64,000 nucleotides of DNA, from contig OZ255842.1 in assembly GCA_965277805.1 (NCBI GenBank), positions 2,432,001-2,496,000 of the forward strand, written 5' to 3'. The translations under genes were made by a program, and so were the position numbers. This document shows positions 40,108-49,496 of the stretch, in pieces (within the stretch, counting starts at the first letter, position 1; each line of letters begins with the position of its first letter). Below the pieces are notes generated by a model. That model was not told where the DNA came from, searched no databases, and worked only from the letters and a program-made list of their open reading frames with translations. The DNA is from Candidatus Lustribacter sp. (lineage in GTDB: Bacteria > Vulcanimicrobiota > Vulcanimicrobiia > Vulcanimicrobiales > Vulcanimicrobiaceae).

Positions 40108-40718
40108 TGGTTGCGGGCGTCATCATCACCGCGATCGCTTTCGCCGCATTCGCTTACGCAGGCGCGCTAGCCGCATTGACCTACTGGTCGAGCGTTCCGC
40201 AACTGGAGGGCGGACCGGATCCCCAAACGCCGCCCGTTTACGTACTCGTCGGTACCGCGGCAGCCATCGGAGCGGTCTGCGCTCTCCACGGCGCGCCGCC
40301 CCAGACGCTGGCAATCGTTGCTGCGACCGTTGGGGTACTCGCGGCAGTCTGGTGCGTCGACGTCACGCGCGGCATCGTTCCCGACGCGTTGACGCTCGTT
40401 CCGCTCGCTGCCCTCCTCATCGCCGGCCTGCTGACCGGACGCTGGTACGTGCTGCTCGCAGCCGCGGTGCCGGCAATTCCCTTTGCGGTCATGGCATGGC
40501 GCACCAAAGGCCTGGGTCTCGGCTGGGGCGATGTCAAGCTCGTCGCGCTGGGCGGCGCGTTGCTCGGAATGCAAACCGCAATTCTTGCCTTCGCCCTCGC
40601 CGCCGTGGCCGCAATCCTAGTGGCCCGCATTCAGCGGCGCGTCTCGGAACCGCTGGCATTCGGCCCGTATCTCGTCGCAGCAATTGCCGTCCCGCTCACG
40701 ATGAGCGCCGGTTTCTGA
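40104..40718 (+). CDS. Second A24 prepilin peptidase
   Basis: D...GIVPD, LGWGDVKL, LAFGPYL. Confidence 0.82.
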   Translation: MMVAGVIITAIAFAAFAYAGALAALTYWSSVPQLEGGPDPQTPPVYVLVGTAAAIGAVCALHGAPPQTLAIVAATVGVLAAVWCVDVTRGIVPDALTLVPLAALLIAGLLTGRWYVLLAAAVPAIPFAVMAWRTKGLGLGWGDVKLVALGGALLGMQTAILAFALAAVAAILVARIQRRVSEPLAFGPYLVAAIAVPLTMSAGF

Positions 40719-40720
40719 CG

Positions 40721-41083
40721 ATGGGTTTGCTTTGCAACATCACGCGCGGCACCGTGGTCGCGCGGCACGTACGTTCGGCCGCGAACGCCTGGGAGCGCAC
40801 CGTGGGCCTGATCGGCACGCGCCACCTCCCACTCGGCGCGGGGCTGTGGCTCGAGCCGTGCGGCACGGTTCATACCGTGGGCATGCGTTTCGCCATCGAC
40901 GTTCTACTCTTGAATAAGACCGGACAGGTCCTTGCAATCGCTCCGAACGTGCCGCCGCTGCGACCGCTCGTATCACATCGGAGCGCCGCGATCGTCGTCG
41001 AATTGCCCGCCGGGTCCGCGTTGCAAAGCGTAACCGTGGGCGACGAACTAGTGCTCGTCAACGATGACACTGCCGTTGCGTGA
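40721..41083 (+). CDS. DUF192 family protein
   Basis: GLWLEPC.TVHTVGMRFAIDV, VVELPAG. Confidence 0.85.
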   Translation: MGLLCNITRGTVVARHVRSAANAWERTVGLIGTRHLPLGAGLWLEPCGTVHTVGMRFAIDVLLLNKTGQVLAIAPNVPPLRPLVSHRSAAIVVELPAGSALQSVTVGDELVLVNDDTAVA

Positions 41084-41111
41084 TCGGAGCCATTTGCGGG
41101 AACACCCCAAG

Positions 41112-41297
41112 ATGGCAAACCCGGAGAACCCCAAAAACGCGAGTGCCGAGCTTGAGCGCGAGCGCGAAGACGTGGAGATTTCGCCGGCCCAACCGCTCGG
41201 CGCGGATCGCATCGATGATGACGACCGCTCCAAGCACACGCCGGCCGCGAGCCCATCGAACATAAAGCCCGATGACGGCCCACGGATGCGTCATTGA
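41112..41297 (+). CDS. Small acidic hypothetical protein
   Basis: 61-aa ORF filling intergenic space. Confidence 0.45.
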   Translation: MANPENPKNASAELEREREDVEISPAQPLGADRIDDDDRSKHTPAASPSNIKPDDGPRMRH

Positions 41298-41309
41298 CCT
41301 AGCGCGGGT

Positions 41310-41711
41310 TCACTCCCGGTAGAGCTGCCCGCACGCGACCGCTCGCGAGTTGGCGTCGTTGTTGTGCACCACCACGAGGTAGTTGCCGGACAAGAGACGA
41401 TCGCGCGAAATGGTCGGCGTGGCGGTGAGCCGTCCGTTCGATAGCGTTCCGAGGCGCGCGCTAACGGGACCCGGCTGGTCGGAACATTGAAAGCCGCGAT
41501 TGATCGTCACCGCCTCCGGCTTGTTGTTCGTCCCCTTCATGTCCACGACGAGGCTGTTCGCGTTGAACAAGACCTCACCGACCTGCGCAGACGTATTCTG
41601 GGACTGGATTCCCCGGACGATGCCGGTGAGGTTCTGGTCGAGGGCCGTTTGCGCGAGCGCCGGCCCGGCGAGGGCGCCAAGCAGGGCTGCGACGAGAGCG
41701 AGTTTTAGCAT
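41310..41711 (-). CDS. Secreted hypothetical protein (Cu/Zn SOD- or CHRD-like remnant fold)
   Basis: Signal peptide; YLVVVH...VACG ending; no full metal ligand set. Confidence 0.55.
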   Translation of the reverse strand: MLKLALVAALLGALAGPALAQTALDQNLTGIVRGIQSQNTSAQVGEVLFNANSLVVDMKGTNNKPEAVTINRGFQCSDQPGPVSARLGTLSNGRLTATPTISRDRLLSGNYLVVVHNNDANSRAVACGQLYRE

Positions 41712-41750
41712 GCCTGCTCTCTACCCGTCCCGAGCGAAACCGCTCGCTTG

Positions 41751-42155
41751 CTACCTAGACAACGAGTGCTCGGTTAGCGCGCGGCGGAACGTTTCCAGGC
41801 GAACGGGCTTTGCAAGCGCGCCGCTTATGTTGAGGCCGAGCACGGACCCTAACGCACCGACGCTGCGCAGCACGATGTTGTCGCAACCGCTCATCAGCAC
41901 GATCGGGGCGGCGAACCCGTACGCGGCCATCGCGTGCAGCAACTCGATGCCGTCCGCATCAGGCATCCGCAGGTCGAGAAAGACCAGCGTGGGGTGCCAT
42001 TCCCGCACCAGACGCAGAAAAGTGACGGGGCTGCTCGTTGACTCGACGTCGTAGCCCTCGATCGTCCCAATCTCGCGGACGCATGCGAGCACGCCCTCGT
42101 CGTCGTCGATGACGAGCAGACGCCCGGCGTCGGCACTCGCAATTGCGCGGTTCAT
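41751..42155 (-). CDS. Single-domain response regulator
   Basis: LVIDDD, FLDLRMPDADG, MSG, AKP; SD GGAGG. Confidence 0.88.
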   Translation of the reverse strand: MNRAIASADAGRLLVIDDDEGVLACVREIGTIEGYDVESTSSPVTFLRLVREWHPTLVFLDLRMPDADGIELLHAMAAYGFAAPIVLMSGCDNIVLRSVGALGSVLGLNISGALAKPVRLETFRRALTEHSLSR

Positions 42156-42388
42156 TCCTACCTCCCAGCATGCAAAGGCCGGACTGAGCTCCCGAGAGTT
42201 CGCCCGGCCTAGACGCATCGAACTTGCGGAATTTGCCCACACCCGAAGTTCGACGTCGCCTCCATCGCGCGGTCCATCGCGATCGATGCACCCCGACCGT
42301 ACGCTACTTCCGGTCAGGGCGCATCGGCGCGCTGCACAACAGTCGGCGCAGCGCCTGTGCACACGGCGCTCCAAACTGCGAGCTCAGG

Positions 42389-43432
42389 TCAGGTCAGGAT
42401 GGCTAAACACTCTTCCACAGCAAGCGCGTACTGGACGATCGTGCCCACCAATTGCGGATGCACGAGGCGGTAGTTGCCGGTGATATCGAGCACGCCGAGC
42501 ACTTCGCCCGTTTGGGGATCGCGAATCGGGGCCGCCGTGCACGTGAGTTCTTGCCAGCCATCGCAGTAGTGCTCGGCCGACATCAGTTGCAGCGGACGCT
42601 CGTCGCGGAGCGCCGTTCCGATCGCGTTAGTACCTGCGCTTTCTTCACTCCAATCCGATCCGGTTTCGAATCCGACGCGATCGAGCCGGCGTCGAACGGC
42701 GGGATCGCCATGGAGATCGAGAATCGTCCCGTGCTGATCGGTGATGACGGTGGCGTAGCCGACGTCGGAGAGCGTGTCTGCGAGATGTCTCGCGATCGGG
42801 GCAGCCGCGCGCAACAAGCGATCGCGGGCGCGTTCATCGGCGTCGCCGAGGATGCGCGGCACGGCGATCTTTCGGCCCGGTTCCACCGCTAGCTCGACGC
42901 TGCGCTTCCACGAATTCAGGATGCGCGGCCGAAGGATCACCGATTCGTCCGGCCCCCGTTCGTCCGCCGCCGGCGCATGGACGAGAAACCGTTCCCGTTC
43001 GTGGCTGAAAAAACGCCGCGCGTCTTCGACATCCGAGAATGGCGCGAGCGGCGCGGTGAGCGCGGACAACGTCGGCGGCGGCACCACCGTTGCGACGTTT
43101 TCGGCCCGGTAGAGATCGGCATACGCCAACCGGAACAGCATCGCTTCATCGAACGCATCGAGACCCAGCACTCGCGAAAGCCGCGCCAGGAGCGCAGCCG
43201 AGACCGTGATCGGACGGCCGCTCTCGAAGAGGCGGTACCAGTCGGTCGAAATGCCGGCCGCTTCGGCGACTTCCTGGCGCCGCAGACCCGGAACGCGCCG
43301 GCGTCCGGTCTCGGGAAGGCCGACGCTGGCCGGAGAGCGGCGGGAGCGGGCATGGACGAGAAAGGCTCGCAGCCGGCGCCGCCGTTCGACGTCCGAAGCG
43401 GACACGAGTCCGCCGTCCGGGGTCTCGCTCAT
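42389..43432 (-). CDS. XRE (MmyB-type HTH) fused to GAF domain regulator
   Basis: RRRVPGLRRQEVAEAAGIS..WY; then ILNSWKRS, WSEESAGTNAIGTAL, EHYC, CTAAPI.DP. Confidence 0.8.
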   Translation of the reverse strand: MSETPDGGLVSASDVERRRRLRAFLVHARSRRSPASVGLPETGRRRVPGLRRQEVAEAAGISTDWYRLFESGRPITVSAALLARLSRVLGLDAFDEAMLFRLAYADLYRAENVATVVPPPTLSALTAPLAPFSDVEDARRFFSHERERFLVHAPAADERGPDESVILRPRILNSWKRSVELAVEPGRKIAVPRILGDADERARDRLLRAAAPIARHLADTLSDVGYATVITDQHGTILDLHGDPAVRRRLDRVGFETGSDWSEESAGTNAIGTALRDERPLQLMSAEHYCDGWQELTCTAAPIRDPQTGEVLGVLDITGNYRLVHPQLVGTIVQYALAVEECLAILT

Positions 43433-43561
43433 GCTAGGACTCTCACAACCTCCCTAGCGAGCACCCGGTTCGCTATACTTATTGGTGATGCGTTTTAAGC
43501 CGGCACCCACCGCGGAGGTTTACGGGGGTATTTTATCACGAATCCGGGCCGGGAGCGGCCG

Positions 43562-44896
43562 ATGACGGCTCCGAGTAGACGGCCGGATCGGTCTGCGAGT
43601 CCGGAGGGCTTCGATCCCGGGACCATCGCCGACCCCGAGCTCGACTGCCTCGGGTCGCGCGAGGAGGTTGCGGCGGTGGCTGCTCGCCTCGGCCATGGCT
43701 TCTCGGAACTCGCCACGGACGTGCGAGACGTCATCTGGGCAGCCGTACCCGCGTTGCGTGAGGACCCAACCAGCAGCTTGCACGAAACCAGCGTCGAGCA
43801 AAATATCGAAACGCTGCTCGGCATCCTTGCGCACCGGATCGATCCCACCGGAGTCGAGGCGCCGAGCGCAGCCCTCGAATACGCCCGCCGGCTCGCGCAG
43901 CGCGGCGTCTCGACCTTCGCGCTGATCCGCGCCTACCGGCTGGGCCAAGCGCGCTTCCTTCGTCGCGCGATCGAAGATCTGGTGCGGAACGGCGCTGCCG
44001 GCGACGGCCAACTAAGCATCGCGGGCAAGGCCACTCTCGAGGTCGTCGATCGCGTCACGAGCTACGTCGACAACGTGATCGAGCAGCTCATCGTCGCTTA
44101 CGCGAAGGCGCGCGAGGAGTGGTTGAAACCGAATGCGATCCTCGGCGCGCGCGTGCGCTCGGTGCTGACGGAAAAAACGCTCGGCTTCGAGGCTGCCCAA
44201 GCACGGCTCGGATCCTATCAGCTCCGCCAGAACCACCTCGCCCTCGAGTTGTGGGTGCGCCCGCACTCGTTGGAGGGAACCGAACTCGATACGTTACGCA
44301 CGGCAGCCGGCGTCATCGCCGACGCCATCGGCTGCGACGAGCGGCATCTCTTCATACCGGTGGACGAGTCCAGCGCGTGCGTCTGGCTTCCGTTGGGGTC
44401 TCGCATAACGTTCGATCGCGATCGGCTCGCTGCCACGCTTGCAGAAACGCCGGATATCTTCGCAGCGGTTGGAGAGCCCGCTTCCGGGCTGCCGGGCTTC
44501 CGGCGCACGCATCAACAAACGCTGAGCGCTGCCGGCATCGCGCACGCGACCATGGAACCGCGCGAACAGCTGACGCCGTATATTGAAATCGCTCCCATCG
44601 CGGCGCTCTCGCACGACCTCGACTCCGCGCGCGCCTGGGTTTCCGAAACGCTCGGATCGCTCGCGATCGACGACGAGCGCCGCAGCGATCTACGCGAAAC
44701 GGCACGCGTGTTTTTTGCGACCGGCGGAAACTACACAGCGACGGCCGAGCGTTTGCATTTGCACCGGAACACCGCGCAGTACCGCGTACGCCGTGCCGAA
44801 GAAATGCGCGGCCGGCCGTTTAGCGAAGAACGCCTCGACGTCGAACTTGCGCTGCTCGCCTGCCACTGGCTCGGACGTGCCGTACTGCGGCACTGA
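43562..44896 (+). CDS. PucR/CdaR-family transcriptional regulator
   Basis: LIRAYRLGQ; C-terminal TAERLHLHRNTAQYR. Confidence 0.9.
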   Translation: MTAPSRRPDRSASPEGFDPGTIADPELDCLGSREEVAAVAARLGHGFSELATDVRDVIWAAVPALREDPTSSLHETSVEQNIETLLGILAHRIDPTGVEAPSAALEYARRLAQRGVSTFALIRAYRLGQARFLRRAIEDLVRNGAAGDGQLSIAGKATLEVVDRVTSYVDNVIEQLIVAYAKAREEWLKPNAILGARVRSVLTEKTLGFEAAQARLGSYQLRQNHLALELWVRPHSLEGTELDTLRTAAGVIADAIGCDERHLFIPVDESSACVWLPLGSRITFDRDRLAATLAETPDIFAAVGEPASGLPGFRRTHQQTLSAAGIAHATMEPREQLTPYIEIAPIAALSHDLDSARAWVSETLGSLAIDDERRSDLRETARVFFATGGNYTATAERLHLHRNTAQYRVRRAEEMRGRPFSEERLDVELALLACHWLGRAVLRH

Positions 44897-44900
44897 GCCG

Positions 44901-45860
44901 CTATTTGGGCAACAGCAACTCGGACGCTTGGAAATTCGGGAAGTTGTTGTATTTTGACGATGCATCGATCCCGGGTTGCATGAGTGCCGCCGTCAGTTCT
45001 TCCGCATAGTGGCTGCGCACCATGCCCGCGATCGTTTCGGCCGGAATGCTCGTAATCTTCGAGAGGATCGCGCCGCTCTGGTCGTGATTCTTGTTCGCCC
45101 AAACGGCGGTCTGGTGAATGACCGAAACGAACCGGTTGACGAGATCCGGATTGGCCTTCGCCCAGGTCGGCGTCGCGACGAAAAGATTGAGCAGAAAGTG
45201 CTTCGAGATCGCGCTATAGCCCTCGAAGAGCACGCGAAATTGCTTCGACGCCGCGCCGAAGAACGGTTCGACTTCAAAGATTGCGTCGACGCGCCCCTGA
45301 GAGAGTGCTGCCGGCTGCGTCGGGAACGGGATCTCGACGTAGCTGACGGTGGATGAGTCGCCGCCGTTCGCGTCGATCCACGCGGACGCTCCCGTCGTGC
45401 CGAGGCTATGCAATGCGGGCGACGCGATCGTCTTCCCCTTGAGATCTTTCGCGGTGCGGATCGGTGAGTCGGGCTTGACGAGCACGCCCGCGGTTTTCAC
45501 CGTCGCCGGGTCGATATAATCGGTTGCCGGCGCGATCACGTAGAGCGGAATGTTGTGTGAGTGAATCGAGGCGACGGAGTCGATCGTCGTATAGCCGATG
45601 TCGAGCGCCCCGGCAACGACCGCGGCGACGATCGACGGCGTGTTCGACATCGTCGTGATCGTGACGTCGAGTCCGGCCTTCGTCCAGTAGCCGAGCTCTT
45701 TCGCGTAGGTGATCTCGGCCGCGCTTTCGGCTGCCAGCACGCCGATGCGCAGCGGTTGCAGCGTCTGGGCCCGCAGCGGCCCGGCAAATGCTCCAAGCGC
45801 TGCAGCGCCGGAGGCCATGGCAAGCACTCTCGCCCGCGAGATCGGCTGAAAATCGCGCAT
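44901..45860 (-). CDS. ABC solute-binding protein (SsuA/NMT1-like)
   Basis: DLKGKTIA, WIDANGGDSS, VDAIFEVEPF. Confidence 0.85.
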   Translation of the reverse strand: MRDFQPISRARVLAMASGAAALGAFAGPLRAQTLQPLRIGVLAAESAAEITYAKELGYWTKAGLDVTITTMSNTPSIVAAVVAGALDIGYTTIDSVASIHSHNIPLYVIAPATDYIDPATVKTAGVLVKPDSPIRTAKDLKGKTIASPALHSLGTTGASAWIDANGGDSSTVSYVEIPFPTQPAALSQGRVDAIFEVEPFFGAASKQFRVLFEGYSAISKHFLLNLFVATPTWAKANPDLVNRFVSVIHQTAVWANKNHDQSGAILSKITSIPAETIAGMVRSHYAEELTAALMQPGIDASSKYNNFPNFQASELLLPK

Positions 45861-45931
45861 TGATACCGTCCTTAAATCCGGAGGTTTCCGATGGCTTTTC
45901 GGCGAGCGCCTTTAGGCCCTCTTCGGAGCGG

Positions 45932-47140
45932 TTACCTGCGGCTGGTAAGGGGCGAAACGCCGCCGTCGTACGCCCGCGACGTGTAGCCGTCGTTGAGGGT
46001 CTCGAGGTATGCGATGACGTCGTCGATGTCGCGCTCGCTCCACACAGGCTTCTTCCCGCGTTCGCTCGCCAGCGGCGGGTCGATGACGTCGACATTGTTC
46101 CGGTAGCGCGCCGGAATATCGTCGTACTTCGCGACGGTGCCGTCGCGCGCGACGGGATACCACTTCCGCGGGTCGGTATCGCGCTGCACGTAGAAGCGCA
46201 ACGCATCGCGCAGCGTGTGAAACCGGCCGTTGTGAAAGAACACCCGTCGCGTCGCGACGTTGCGCAGCGTCGGCGTTTTGAAGAGCCCGCAATAGGTCTT
46301 CACCGCGGACCGATCCTTACGCAGCGGACCGCATAAGCCGAGATCGTAGTAGCGCGGGTTACGATTCGCCGGGATCTCCGCGTTGCGCGGCACCGCGAGC
46401 GCTTCGAACTGGTAATCGGTAAAGAGCGGGTGCGCGCCGTTGGCGCCCTTCGCGTCGATGTGGCAGAGGGCGCAACCGCCGCGCAGCGGATCGTCGAAGA
46501 GTTTCTTGCCGTGCGTTTCTTGCGCGCTGAGCGTCGCGTGACCGTCCAGATACGCATCGTATTTGCTCGAGTACGGATGAAAGCTCGGATCGTCGAGCTC
46601 GAAGGTCTCGATCGCGACGAGCGCCGATGCATAGGCCGTCTTCACATCGCCTAAGACATCGTGCCCGAACGCGGCGCGGAACTGCCCGGCGTAGGGAGCG
46701 GCGCGTAGCTTGGCGACGATCGCGGCCGGATTCAGGTTGGCCATCTCGGCCGGATTCAGCAGCGGAAATGCCGCTTGATCGCGCAGATGGTCGAAGCGCC
46801 CGTCCCACGTGAGTCCGCCGGCCGGCGCGTCGTTTTCGATCAGACGTTCGCCGATTTCGGTGGACTGCTCGTGAAACCAAATCGGTGCACGATTGAGCGT
46901 ATACCGCAACGACGGCACCGCTCGCGTGCCGGCGCGATCGAGGTGCGGGCCGCCGAGCTGCACGGCGCGAGCGTTCGGCGGCCCGTACGCGGCAAGCGGG
47001 CTATGGCAAGTCGCGCACGACATCTTGCCCGACGCGGAAAGCGTCGCGTCGAAAAACAACCGCTTTCCCAACGCCGCAACGGCGCTCGCATGCGCGGGCG
47101 CCGGCGGAATCAGAGTCGCCCCGGCGGGCGCTTGCCGCAT
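45932..47140 (-). CDS. Di-haem cytochrome c peroxidase/MauG-family protein (BthA-like)
   Basis: LGKRLFFD..LS.SG.MSCATCH, CALCH, FKTPTLRNVA..FFHNG. Confidence 0.9.
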   Translation of the reverse strand: MRQAPAGATLIPPAPAHASAVAALGKRLFFDATLSASGKMSCATCHSPLAAYGPPNARAVQLGGPHLDRAGTRAVPSLRYTLNRAPIWFHEQSTEIGERLIENDAPAGGLTWDGRFDHLRDQAAFPLLNPAEMANLNPAAIVAKLRAAPYAGQFRAAFGHDVLGDVKTAYASALVAIETFELDDPSFHPYSSKYDAYLDGHATLSAQETHGKKLFDDPLRGGCALCHIDAKGANGAHPLFTDYQFEALAVPRNAEIPANRNPRYYDLGLCGPLRKDRSAVKTYCGLFKTPTLRNVATRRVFFHNGRFHTLRDALRFYVQRDTDPRKWYPVARDGTVAKYDDIPARYRNNVDVIDPPLASERGKKPVWSERDIDDVIAYLETLNDGYTSRAYDGGVSPLTSRR

Positions 47141-47194
47141 GCCTCCAGAAACAAGCCACGCGCGACGCCGCAGAGGGCGAGCGTCGCGAGCTTG

Positions 47195-48448
47195 TTACGA
47201 CCCGGCCGGATTGAGGTTGGTATAGACGTCGGTCCCGAAGTCGACGAGCCCCGATGCACCCGCATAGCCGAGGTGCGGCAGACCGAAGATGTCCTCGATG
47301 CTCGCGAGCGCCGCGTAATGGTTGTACGGCTGTGACGATACCGTTCCGGCTTTGACGAGCGGTGAGAGGACGACCGCGCCGACGAGATCGCCACCGAAAC
47401 TCGTCTTGGTTAGATTGATCGTAAGACTGCCGGAGTTGATTACCGACGTTTGCGGGAAGGCGCCGAGATTCGGACCTTCTTGCTGTCCGCAGCACGTCGC
47501 GCCGCTCCAGGCCAGCGTTTCGGTGCTGCCGCTGACACTTGACGAGGTGATGTCGCTCTCGTCGAAGGTGATCAGCAGCAAGCCGTCTTTCAAGTAGGCG
47601 GGCGAGCTCGTAATCTGCGGGACCCAGTTTTGCAAGAACGTGTTGATGCGGCTGAGGCCGCCCGGTTTACCATCGATCGCGCACGGATTGTCGTGGCCGT
47701 CATCGCACAGGTTCGGAGTGATGAACGTGAAATTTGCCGTCGTCGTGACCGACTTCAGGTCGTTGGTGAGTTTGGCAAGATTGACGACGTTCGTCGCACA
47801 CTGTGGCGAGTCGATGATCGAGTGAAAGTACATGAACGGATCGTGGCGCGTCGCGTATGCATCGCCCAGCGGCGCCGTACCGCTCGGCGCTTCGGCCGTT
47901 TGGGTCATGTCGATCGTGCCGATCGCCGGATGTCCGCACGTTGCGCTCTCGCGGGTGGGATCGTTGCCCATGTCACCCATGTAACCTTTCCACGTGAACC
48001 CGCCCGCCGTGAGCTGATCCGCCAGCGTCTGGACGCTCGCCGGATAGATGCAGCCCGAGCCGCTGATCTGACCGTTGGCGCCGGCCGTTCCCGGCGTGAT
48101 GGAATTGAAGCCGGTCGTGCAATCGTTGTCGGTCTCGTTCGTCGGTGATTGACCCGCCATAAAGGACAGGTAGTTATCGAGACTCACGTGTCCCGTGCCA
48201 TAGTACTGATTGAGCAGCGCGCCTTGCGCCGGCAGCGTGGTCGCAAGATACGGCGCGGCCGATCCGGCGGCGAACGTTTCGGTATACGTTTTGTTTTCGA
48301 GCATGATAACGAAGACGTGACGGATCGCGCTCGTCGTCACGTGCGGCACCGCCGGCGAGGCGCTGCCTCCGTTGCACCCCGCGAGCATCGCACCAATGAG
48401 AAGGGAGCCCGCGACCATGCGCACGGCTCGAACGAATTTCGGCAGCAT
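47195..48448 (-). CDS. Phosphoesterase/alkaline phosphatase family lipoprotein
   Basis: LAGC lipobox; RHVFVIMLEN, HVSLDNY, ITPNLCDDGHD, TFDE, YNHY. Confidence 0.88.
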   Translation of the reverse strand: MLPKFVRAVRMVAGSLLIGAMLAGCNGGSASPAVPHVTTSAIRHVFVIMLENKTYTETFAAGSAAPYLATTLPAQGALLNQYYGTGHVSLDNYLSFMAGQSPTNETDNDCTTGFNSITPGTAGANGQISGSGCIYPASVQTLADQLTAGGFTWKGYMGDMGNDPTRESATCGHPAIGTIDMTQTAEAPSGTAPLGDAYATRHDPFMYFHSIIDSPQCATNVVNLAKLTNDLKSVTTTANFTFITPNLCDDGHDNPCAIDGKPGGLSRINTFLQNWVPQITSSPAYLKDGLLLITFDESDITSSSVSGSTETLAWSGATCCGQQEGPNLGAFPQTSVINSGSLTINLTKTSFGGDLVGAVVLSPLVKAGTVSSQPYNHYAALASIEDIFGLPHLGYAGASGLVDFGTDVYTNLNPAGS

Positions 48449-48561
48449 AGGTACGATGTTAGACGCCTGAGATTATGCCGCGTTCGTGATCACCTTATCC
48501 CGAGCTTAATAAGTAATCTCGTTCCGAGAGGTCGGCGTACCGGGAACAAGAAGCCGCGCGA

Positions 48562-48888
48562 ATGGATTATCATGAACACGCCGACTTGAGCTTAATTCCG
48601 GAACTCAAAGCACTCGATCCGGTTGGTTTTGCGGGCTTCGCCGCGCTGGACAAAACGGTGGGACGCACCGACGGTGCAATCCCGCAAAAGTATCGCGAAC
48701 TGATCGCGCTCGGCGTCGCGCTTACCACGCAGTGTCCGTACTGCCTCGACGTTCACACCAAAGCCGCAAAGAAAGCCGGCGCAACGCGTGAGGAGCTCGC
48801 CGAGACCGTGACGATCGCCTCCGCCCTGCGCGCGGGGGCGGCCCTTACCCACGGCTTGCTTGCTCTCAAGCTCTACGACAAGGCCTAG
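48562..48888 (+). CDS. Carboxymuconolactone decarboxylase/AhpD-like protein
   Basis: ELIALGVALTTQCPYCLDVH. Confidence 0.9.
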   Translation: MDYHEHADLSLIPELKALDPVGFAGFAALDKTVGRTDGAIPQKYRELIALGVALTTQCPYCLDVHTKAAKKAGATREELAETVTIASALRAGAALTHGLLALKLYDKA

Positions 48889-48919
48889 ACGCCCCGGGCG
48901 AGCGGTCTTCCTGGCGATT

Positions 48920-48959
48920 CTGGCACTCTATTGACAGTATTGCTAACGTCTGCCAAAAT
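48920..48959 (+). promoter_or_regulatory. CIRCE (HrcA operator) overlapping sigma70 promoter of hsp20
   Basis: CTGGCACTC-N9-TATTGCTAA vs consensus TTAGCACTC-N9-GAGTGCTAA; TTGACA(48931)-N17-CAAAAT. Confidence 0.7.
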
Positions 48960-49020
48960 AGTGGCATAGGGCCGTTGCGCCCGCCACTCTTCTGTCCAGA
49001 AAGGGACTACTGCGCGAGCC

Positions 49021-49428
49021 ATGCCGACCGACGTTGCACGCCTGAACAATCGCCCTGCCGCCGGCAACGGTGGCGCTGTCGCCACCTATAGCCCGTGGCG
49101 CGAAGTGCTGGGGTACGACCCCTTCCGCCGCTTCTTCTCCACCCTCGATCCCGAGATCAATGTCGTCCGCACGGAAAACGGCTTTGACGTGGAGATCCCC
49201 GTCGCGGGCTTCAAGCCCGAAGACGTCGAGATCACCGTCAAGGAAGACATCCTGACGATCACCGGCAAGAACGATCGCCGCGCGTTCACGCGCTCGCTGC
49301 GTTTGCCGGAAGACATCAACGGCGACTCCGCCGATGCGGTCGTCGAGAACGGGCTTCTCTCGCTGCGCCTGGAGCGCCATCCCGAAGCGCAACCGCGCAA
49401 GATCGAGATCAAGGCGAGCCGCAACTAG
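49021..49428 (+). CDS. Hsp20 small heat-shock protein
   Basis: FTRSLRLPE, A.VENGLLSL, PRKIEI. Confidence 0.92.
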   Translation: MPTDVARLNNRPAAGNGGAVATYSPWREVLGYDPFRRFFSTLDPEINVVRTENGFDVEIPVAGFKPEDVEITVKEDILTITGKNDRRAFTRSLRLPEDINGDSADAVVENGLLSLRLERHPEAQPRKIEIKASRN

Positions 49429-49452
49429 TCTCGCTCGCGAAGGCACGCGAAG

Positions 49453-49487
49453 CGCGTACGGTGATGAACCGTGCGCGTTTTCTTTTT
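49453..49487 (+). terminator. Intrinsic terminator after hsp20
   Basis: CGCGTACGGT-GATGA-ACCGTGCGCG followed by TTTTCTTTTT. Confidence 0.75.
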
Positions 49488-49496
49488 GGCGCTTGT

